Source: Candidatus Firestoneibacteriota bacterium (lineage in GTDB: Bacteria; Oederibacteriota; D2-FULL-39-29; JBBTED01). Taken from it: a DNA stretch of 64,000 nt. Within the stretch, counting starts at the first letter, position 1, and every line of letters starts with the position of its first letter. The translations under genes were made by a program, and so were the position numbers. The notes under the pieces are model-generated. The model saw only the letters and a program-made list of their open reading frames with translations, had not been told where the DNA came from and searched no databases. The DNA lies in assembly GCA_038042445.1 (NCBI GenBank), contig JBBTED010000067.1, positions 1-64,000 of the forward strand, given 5' to 3'. This document shows, piece after piece, positions 57,670 to 64,000 of this stretch.

Positions 57670-58452
57670 ATGATTGATAATAAAATGTTTCCAGAAGAAA
57701 GAAGGCAGAAAATTCTTACCATTGTTAATAATAATGGTAGGGTGGATGTTTTGGAACTCGCTAATGAATTTAAAGCTTCTGTTGCTACAATTCGGACGGA
57801 TTTAAATTATCTTGCAGTTAATGGGGATATTAAACGAACACATGGTGGGGCTATTTTACTAAAACGCAGTAATATTGTTGAAAAGGAAATACCTGTAATT
57901 GAGAAAGAAAATATTGCTATTGAAGGAAAAATAAAAATGGCAAAAGCAGCACTTGAATTTATTGAAAATAAACAAAGTATATTTTTAGATATAGGTAGCA
58001 CTGTATATCAATTTGCCAAGTTACTTTCTAATAAACATGGATTAAGTATAATAACGAATTCATTTCGTATTGCCAATGAAGTTAGCAGATATTCGGATAA
58101 AGAGCTTATTTTTATTGGTGGGGTATTTAGAGAAAAAACACAAGCAACATCTGGTCCATTAGCAATGAAAGTTTTAGAAGAAATCTATGTTCATACTTTT
58201 TTTATGTCAGTAAGTGGCATAGATTTTAAAAATGGTTTAACTACTTCACATATTTCTGAAGCAGAAATAAAAAAGAAAATGATAGAGAAAGCACAAAAAG
58301 TAATTGTGTTAGCAGATAGTTCAAAATTTAATAAAGTTGATTTTGCACGGGTGTGTGCTATTACAGATGTAGATATAATAATTACAGATAATATTTCTAA
58401 GGAAAATGAAGCTTCAATAAAAGATTTAGGTGTGAAATTGATAATAGCATAG
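57670..58452 (+). CDS. DeoR/GlpR family transcriptional regulator
   Basis: EERRQKIL, TIRTDL, RTHGGA, FLDIGST, LADSSKF. Confidence 0.93.
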   Translation: MIDNKMFPEERRQKILTIVNNNGRVDVLELANEFKASVATIRTDLNYLAVNGDIKRTHGGAILLKRSNIVEKEIPVIEKENIAIEGKIKMAKAALEFIENKQSIFLDIGSTVYQFAKLLSNKHGLSIITNSFRIANEVSRYSDKELIFIGGVFREKTQATSGPLAMKVLEEIYVHTFFMSVSGIDFKNGLTTSHISEAEIKKKMIEKAQKVIVLADSSKFNKVDFARVCAITDVDIIITDNISKENEASIKDLGVKLIIA

Positions 58453-58480
58453 AGAATTAAGAAAAATAACCAATTAGATA

Positions 58481-58590
58481 AGGTAATGTCAAAAGCAGTA
58501 TGAAAGGTAGTCGCAGGCTTTAGCCTGCGGTTTTTCTTCGCAAGCTAAAGCTTGCGGCTACCAAGGCATTAAAAACTTTTGACAATACGT
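58481..58590. mobile_element. 110-bp MITE with terminal inverted repeats, carrying a REP doublet
   Basis: TIR aggtaatgtcaaaag / cttttgacaatacgt (13/15), flanked by TAGATA on both sides. Confidence 0.65.
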
Positions 58591-58613
58591 TAGATAAAAG
58601 GGGGGATTTCCAA

Positions 58614-59126
58614 GTGAAAAAAGAAGCAATAACTGTTATAAAAGCAAGGCGTTCTGTTAGAGCATTTAAAAAGGAAATAATAGCTAAAGATATTATAGAA
58701 GATATTATAGATTGTGGGAGATTAGCTCCTACAGCTAATAATATACAGCCTTGGCAATTTGTTGTGGTGACAGATGTAGGAAAACGCGAGCATATTGCAG
58801 AAATGACTGATTACGGCGGGTTTATTGCTGATGCTCCTGTATGTATTGTAGTATTTTGTGAAAATACCAAGTATTTTTTAGAAGATGGTTGTGCTGCTGT
58901 TGAAAACATATTGTTAGCTGTAGAATCTTATGGATTAGGAGCATGTTGGGTAGCTGGAGATAAAAAGAGTTATGCAGAGGAAATAAAACGATTTTTGAAG
59001 GTGCCAGATAATTATAAATTAGTAGCGTTAATACCAATAGGTTATCCAGCACATATTTCTTCCTATGCTGGTTTCAAGAAGCCATTAGACAAAGTGTTAC
59101 ACTGGGAGGAATTTGGAAACAAATAG
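58614..59126 (+). CDS. Nitroreductase family protein
   Basis: RRSVRAF, APTANNIQPWQF, GLGACW, IGYP. Confidence 0.93.
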   Translation: MKKEAITVIKARRSVRAFKKEIIAKDIIEDIIDCGRLAPTANNIQPWQFVVVTDVGKREHIAEMTDYGGFIADAPVCIVVFCENTKYFLEDGCAAVENILLAVESYGLGACWVAGDKKSYAEEIKRFLKVPDNYKLVALIPIGYPAHISSYAGFKKPLDKVLHWEEFGNK

Positions 59127-60105
59127 TGATATGAAAAAAAATAAAGAACAATTTTTAGGATTAGATTGTGGAGGAACCAATATTAAAATTGCTCTTGTAG
59201 ATTCAGAAGGTGAAATACTTAAAAGTGCTATTGAACCTATTAGTTACAAACAATCGCCACAGAAAGTGCTTAAAAATATTACAAGCTGTGTTCAACATTT
59301 TATGGACAAGAATTGCACAAGTAAAATTAAAGGTTTAGGTATTGGAGTTGCAGCAGAAGTAGACCAGAAAAATGGAATTATACTCAATGCAACTAATTTG
59401 GGATGGAGAAATGTTCCCATCGCTGATTTTTTTACAAAAGAACTGGGTATTCCCATAAATGTAGAAAATGATTCGCATTGTGCAGCATGGGGATCTTATT
59501 GCCTTGATGCTAAAAAAAAATGCAGCACTTTAATTTGTTTGACATTAGGAACAGGTGTAGGCGGTGGTATTATTATAGGTGGTAAATTATACAGAGGGCC
59601 AAATGGATTAGCTGGATACATTGGACATATGTCTATTTCATATTCCGGGCGTGTTTGCAGATGTGGTAGTATAGGTTGTTTGGAATCTATGGTTGGTGCA
59701 TGGGCATTAAGCCAGACAGTAAAAGAAAGATGTTCAAAAAACTCCTTTCCAATTTTAAGAAAATTATTACGTATAGACAAACAATTTAAGATAACACCTG
59801 AATTGATTGCTGAAGCTGCAATAAATGGAGACTGTGATTGTCAGAAATTGTGGAATGAAACAGGTAAATATTTAGGTATTGCCTTAGGAAGTCTTGCCAA
59901 CATTTTTAATCCGGAGAAAATAATTCTTTGTGGTGGTATATCTAAAGCAGGTGTGCTTTTCTTAAAACCTATGCTGGATACTTTTAAAAAACAAGTATTT
60001 AAAACTATATTTCAATATACTGAAGTTTCTATTTCAAAATATACTGATAAAATTGGTGTTGTTGGTGCTGCTCTATTATTTATGGATGTTATATATGAAA
60101 GATAA
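59113..60105 (+). CDS. ROK family protein (atypical)
   Basis: GLDCGGT, TLGTGVGGG, CRCGSIGCLE; GYIGH instead of GExGH. Confidence 0.88.
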   Translation: METNSDMKKNKEQFLGLDCGGTNIKIALVDSEGEILKSAIEPISYKQSPQKVLKNITSCVQHFMDKNCTSKIKGLGIGVAAEVDQKNGIILNATNLGWRNVPIADFFTKELGIPINVENDSHCAAWGSYCLDAKKKCSTLICLTLGTGVGGGIIIGGKLYRGPNGLAGYIGHMSISYSGRVCRCGSIGCLESMVGAWALSQTVKERCSKNSFPILRKLLRIDKQFKITPELIAEAAINGDCDCQKLWNETGKYLGIALGSLANIFNPEKIILCGGISKAGVLFLKPMLDTFKKQVFKTIFQYTEVSISKYTDKIGVVGAALLFMDVIYER

Positions 60106-61057
60106 AATTTTGCAGGCAAATTTAGTATCTCCAGAAAAAATATTTTATTTTATTGGTGTTACTACAGAGAAATCTTCTATTATGAAAATTTTTCCAAAAT
60201 GGATTGAATTTTTAAAATTAGACAATTGTATAATCAAAGGAGTAAATTTTAAACCACATGATGAAGCTGGGGCATATAGAAAAATTGTAGAATATATTAA
60301 GAATGACAAACATTCTTTTGGTGCTCTTGTTACAACACATAAAATAGATTTGCTTAAAAGTTGTTATGACCTTTTTGAAGAATTAGATTATTATGCACAA
60401 GTTATGGGAGAAATTAGTTGCATTTCTAAATGTGATGGGAAACTGATTGGGCACGCTAAAGATCCTATAACCAGTGGTTTGGCTTTAGAAAAATTTTTAC
60501 CTAAAGACTATTGGTTGAAAAACAAAAGCGAAGTTTTTGTTATAGGAGCAGGTGGGTCATCAATAGCAATTACTTCATATCTAATGAATAAAGAGAGAGG
60601 TATAAATAAACCATCAAAAATTATTATATCAAATAGAAGCAGTGGGAGATTAGAAGAAATACAAAAAATACATAAAAAACTTATGTCAGATGTTTCTTGC
60701 GAATATTATTTAACTCCAATACCGCAAGACAATGATAAAATTCTCAATAGTTTGAAACCGTATTCACTTGTAATTAATGCTACAGGTCTTGGAAAAGATG
60801 CTGCAGGTTCACCAATTACAGATAATGCTATTTTTCCGGAAAATGGAATAGCATGGGATTTTAATTATAGGGGAAACCTTATTTTTTTAGATAAGGCACG
60901 TGCGCAACAAGAAGAAAAAAAATTGCATATTGAAGATGGCTGGGTGTATTTCATATATGGCTGGACTAAAGTAATAGCAGAAGTTTTTCACATTGAAATT
61001 CCATCAGCAGGTGAAAAATTCAATAAAATCTGTGAAATTGCAGAAAAGTTCAGATAA
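60095..61057 (+). CDS. Shikimate dehydrogenase-like protein
   Basis: GALVTTHK, IGAGGS, INATGLG, WDFNYRG. Confidence 0.7.
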   Translation: MKDKILQANLVSPEKIFYFIGVTTEKSSIMKIFPKWIEFLKLDNCIIKGVNFKPHDEAGAYRKIVEYIKNDKHSFGALVTTHKIDLLKSCYDLFEELDYYAQVMGEISCISKCDGKLIGHAKDPITSGLALEKFLPKDYWLKNKSEVFVIGAGGSSIAITSYLMNKERGINKPSKIIISNRSSGRLEEIQKIHKKLMSDVSCEYYLTPIPQDNDKILNSLKPYSLVINATGLGKDAAGSPITDNAIFPENGIAWDFNYRGNLIFLDKARAQQEEKKLHIEDGWVYFIYGWTKVIAEVFHIEIPSAGEKFNKICEIAEKFR

Positions 61058-61072
61058 TTAATAGGAGATAAT

Positions 61073-61639
61073 ATGATAAAAAAATCGATTAGACCATTTG
61101 GTATGGATTTTGATTTGGAAAAAGGTATAATGAAAAATCCGGAGAAAATTATAGTTAGAAAAGCATCAGATATGCGTGGGTATTATACTGATGAAAAGGC
61201 ATTGGAAAAAATTATCAAAAAGCAGGCGGATCCGATCCATTATGAGGTTTTTGAAAAACCTGTGCCTGAAGAAGATGGGCATTTATATTTTTGTATTAGT
61301 AAGCTTTGGCCTGGTTTAGTAGGGAATGAATATTTTATGACTAAAGGGCATTATCATAAAGTTGAAAAGACTGCTGAAATTTATCTTTGCCTTCGGGGAG
61401 AAGGATATATGTTAATGAAAACTGAAGAGGGAAAATGTGTTGCAGAACCTATGAAAAAAAACAAAATGATTTATGTTCCGCCTTATTGGGCACATCGTTC
61501 AGTAAATATTGGAAATACGCCATTAATATCTTTATGTGTTTATCCTGCCCAAGCAGGACATAATTATAAAGATATAGAAAAAAAGGGATTTCCAAAAAGA
61601 ATCTATAATAGAAAAGGAAAAATTTGCATAGATGAATAA
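61073..61639 (+). CDS. Cupin-type glucose-6-phosphate isomerase family protein
   Basis: EYFMTKGHYH, AEIY, YVPPYWAHRSVN, AGHNY. Confidence 0.88.
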   Translation: MIKKSIRPFGMDFDLEKGIMKNPEKIIVRKASDMRGYYTDEKALEKIIKKQADPIHYEVFEKPVPEEDGHLYFCISKLWPGLVGNEYFMTKGHYHKVEKTAEIYLCLRGEGYMLMKTEEGKCVAEPMKKNKMIYVPPYWAHRSVNIGNTPLISLCVYPAQAGHNYKDIEKKGFPKRIYNRKGKICIDE

Positions 61640-62564
61640 GAATGGGAAAATTTTGATTACTCCGAGGTCTTTAACCAAATCAGGACATCCAGCTCTTGAT
61701 ACACTTAAAAAAGCAGGATATGAGTTAGTATTTTCTACTCCTGGAAAACAACCTGACGAGAAAGAATTAATAGAATTACTTTCTGATTGTGTTGGGTATC
61801 TTGCCGGTGTTGAGAAAATAAGTGCAGAAGTATTAAAAGGTGCAGGAAAGTTAAAAGTGATAAGTAGAAATGGAACAGGTATAGATAATATTGATTTAAA
61901 AACTGCTAAGGAATTAAACATTAAAATATGTCGTGCAGAAGAAGCAAATACTAGAGGGGTTGCTGAATTAACTATTGGATTGATTTTTAGCCTGGTTCGG
62001 TATATTCCTTTTAGTGATAGAAAGATGAAAGAGGAAAAATGGGAAAGAAAAGAAGGTATTGAGTTGCAGAATCGTACACTTGGCATTATTGGTTGTGGTA
62101 AAATTGGCAGACAAGTTGCGATGATGGCACTTAGTTTAGGAATGAAAGTTGTAGCGTATGATGTTATAAGAGATAGTTCTTTTTTGCCCGCTGGAGATTT
62201 TAGTTGGGCTGATTTAAATACATTATTAAAACAGTCAGATATAATTAGTTTGCATTGTCCACCCTTGAAAAATGGAGAATCTTTAATTAATAAAGATATA
62301 ATCGAAAAAATGAAAAATGGGGTTTATTTAATTAATGCAGCAAGAGCAGATTTAATAGATGAAAAAGCTGTGTTAAAAGCACTTTTTGAAAATAAAATTG
62401 CAGGTTTTGCATTGGATGTTTTTAAAAAAGAACCTCCTGTAGATAATCCATTAGTTTTGCATGAGCGGGTTATTGCAACACCACATATTGGTGGATATAC
62501 AAATGAAAGTATTTCAAGAGCTACTCAAATAGCAGTAAATAATTTATTAAAGTATTTAAGTTAA
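61632..62564 (+). CDS. D-isomer-specific 2-hydroxyacid (phosphoglycerate dehydrogenase-like) dehydrogenase
   Basis: GTGIDNID, GIIGCGKIG, LINAAR, LDVF..EP, TPHIGG; no ACT domain. Confidence 0.9.
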   Translation: MNKNGKILITPRSLTKSGHPALDTLKKAGYELVFSTPGKQPDEKELIELLSDCVGYLAGVEKISAEVLKGAGKLKVISRNGTGIDNIDLKTAKELNIKICRAEEANTRGVAELTIGLIFSLVRYIPFSDRKMKEEKWERKEGIELQNRTLGIIGCGKIGRQVAMMALSLGMKVVAYDVIRDSSFLPAGDFSWADLNTLLKQSDIISLHCPPLKNGESLINKDIIEKMKNGVYLINAARADLIDEKAVLKALFENKIAGFALDVFKKEPPVDNPLVLHERVIATPHIGGYTNESISRATQIAVNNLLKYLS

Positions 62565-62639
62565 AGAATAATGGTAAAAGCTCACTGAAGTCTGTTATTG
62601 CGATTGTGTTACAATGGTAATTGTAGTTTTTGGCAGTTT

Positions 62640-62731
62640 GTCATTCCCGCAGTAGTAAGCGGGAATCCACTGTTTTTAAAATATTGCTAAAACAAGACTC
62701 TGGATTCCCGATTAAAGAATTCGGGAATGAC
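62640..62731. repeat. GTCATTCCCG...CGGGAATGAC REP doublet
   Basis: Closely matches the reverse complement of 24110-24202, including the spacer (taaaacaagactctgga). Confidence 0.9.
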
Positions 62732-62768
62732 AAAGAAGTAAACGGTATTCAGTGAATATTTAAAAATA

Positions 62769-63632
62769 ATGATTGAAATTTCCGAACAGAATGTTGATGG
62801 AAATCCACTTGAAGTAATGGCAAGTGTTACTAAAGGGACAGATAAACTCGCGTTATACTGGATAGGACAGGCGGGTTTTGCTTTTTGTTTCAAAAACAAA
62901 TTAGGATTAATTGATCCCTATCTTTCTGATTATTTAGCTAAAAAATATAAAGATACAAAAGTGTCACATATTCGTATGATGTCTGCGCCTTTAAATTCTG
63001 TGAATATTAGAAATTTGGATTTAGTATTTTGCAGCCATTCACATTCTGACCATATGGATCCAGAAACATTGCGAATTTTGGCTAAACATAATACCAATTG
63101 TAAATTTGTAATTCCAAAAGCAGTAATGGATTTAGCTATAAAAATAGGTTTGGACGAGGCGAACATTCAGGCTGTAAATGCAGGAGAAAAAATTTCTTAT
63201 AATTCTGATATTAAGATAGAAGTCATACCTGCTTCTCACGAAGAAATAAAATTTAATAAAAAAAAAGAGCATTATTTTCTTGGATTTATACTCAAATTTG
63301 GTAATATAACTATATATCATTCCGGGGATTGTGTTTTATATGATGGGCTTAAAGATATTCTAAAGACAAAAAATATTGATATCGCTTTATTGCCAATAAA
63401 TGGACGGGATTTATATAGGAAAAAATTAAATATTCTTGGAAACTTTACATTTGAAGAAGCGTTGGATTTATGTAGTTATTGTAAAATTCCAACTATGTTT
63501 TCTCACCATTTCGGTATGTTTGCTTTTAATACTGTGAATGTAAAAGAAATAAATAAAAAAATAAAAAATCTAAAAAATGGCATAAAATGTTTTTTGCCTG
63601 ACATAAAGAAAACATATATTATTTCAAAATGA
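62769..63632 (+). CDS. MBL-fold metallo-hydrolase (UlaG-like)
   Basis: WIGQAGF, IDPYLS, SHSHSDHMD, YHSGD, LPING. Confidence 0.85.
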   Translation: MIEISEQNVDGNPLEVMASVTKGTDKLALYWIGQAGFAFCFKNKLGLIDPYLSDYLAKKYKDTKVSHIRMMSAPLNSVNIRNLDLVFCSHSHSDHMDPETLRILAKHNTNCKFVIPKAVMDLAIKIGLDEANIQAVNAGEKISYNSDIKIEVIPASHEEIKFNKKKEHYFLGFILKFGNITIYHSGDCVLYDGLKDILKTKNIDIALLPINGRDLYRKKLNILGNFTFEEALDLCSYCKIPTMFSHHFGMFAFNTVNVKEINKKIKNLKNGIKCFLPDIKKTYIISK

Positions 63633-64000
63633 AAACAATAGCGACTATAGGCAGTATTATTGCAGATTTGGCAGTAAAAACTCCGAGAGTGCCAGTTTCT
63701 GGTGAAAATGTATTAGCTCATAGTTTTAAAATTGGGCCAGGTGGAAAAGGTGCAAATGCAAGTGTCGGAGTGGCACGGATGGGTGCATCTTCAATTTTAG
63801 TCGGATGTATAGGAAATGACGATTTTGGAAAAATGGAATTATCTGCTCTTAAATCTGAAGGTGTTAATATTAAAGGAGTTAAAGTTGATTCAAATGCGTC
63901 AACTGGGGTAGCTATAATTATGGTGGATGACAATAGTGAAAATACTATTTTAGTAGTACTTGGTGCTAATGCTAATTTGTATCCTGAAGATGTCCAAAAG
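63629..64000 (+). CDS. Ribokinase (PfkB family), 5' part; runs off window end
   Basis: ATG 63629: IGSIIADL...PGGKGANASVGVARMG...GNDDFG...TGVAII...GANANL; missing from the ORF track because there is no stop. Confidence 0.88.
   Translation, partial: MKTIATIGSIIADLAVKTPRVPVSGENVLAHSFKIGPGGKGANASVGVARMGASSILVGCIGNDDFGKMELSALKSEGVNIKGVKVDSNASTGVAIIMVDDNSENTILVVLGANANLYPEDVQK

Noticed and set aside
303..63933. Numerous 60-180 aa ORFs antisense to or nested in recognised genes
   Set aside because: No motifs or RBS; explained as shadows of well-supported genes.
1..64000. Alternative genetic code suggested by in-frame TGA (10570) and TAG (55795)
   Set aside because: TGA ends tsaD, nusB, prmC and pyk, and TAG ends gyrA and copA at the expected positions; long genes otherwise lack internal stops.
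1..64000. CRISPR array
   Set aside because: No regularly spaced repeat-spacer series and no cas genes; the repeats are dispersed palindromes or coding repeats.

Overview
AT-rich chromosomal window from a diderm bacterium (lptFG, a gmhB-like gene and several outer-membrane beta-barrels); the lineage cannot be fixed from sequence alone. It uses standard code 11, since TGA and TAG both terminate conserved genes. The backbone is housekeeping: gyrA 3' end, accA, purN, lptFG, tsaD, nusB, a GH57 branching enzyme, rho-rpmE-prfA-prmC, murA, pyk, copA, cutA, polX and tRNA-Ser(GGA). Three accessory stretches interrupt it: 22-33.5 kb (MazEF-type TA, two XRE regulators, small hypotheticals, a four-gene envelope cluster), 49.1-57.5 kb after the tRNA (hypotheticals, VapBC, MFS, a broken kinase) and 57.6-64 kb (a DeoR-led sugar catabolism cluster). 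Best candidates for undescribed biology: (1) a DUF2294/MpsC gene followed by a promoter and a leader with mutually exclusive antiterminator/terminator folds ahead of a gamma-carbonic anhydrase, suggesting a CO2/bicarbonate-responsive attenuation switch; (2) an operon encoding a secreted repeat protein with a FlgD/T9SS-like C-terminus, a PorV-like barrel fused to an intact caspase-family protease, and two lipoproteins; (3) many distinct REP-like palindrome families, several translated in frame inside proteins, especially in signal-peptide n-regions. No CRISPR array, integrase, transposase or reverse transcriptase was seen. All family assignments come from motif recognition by eye; no database searches were run.
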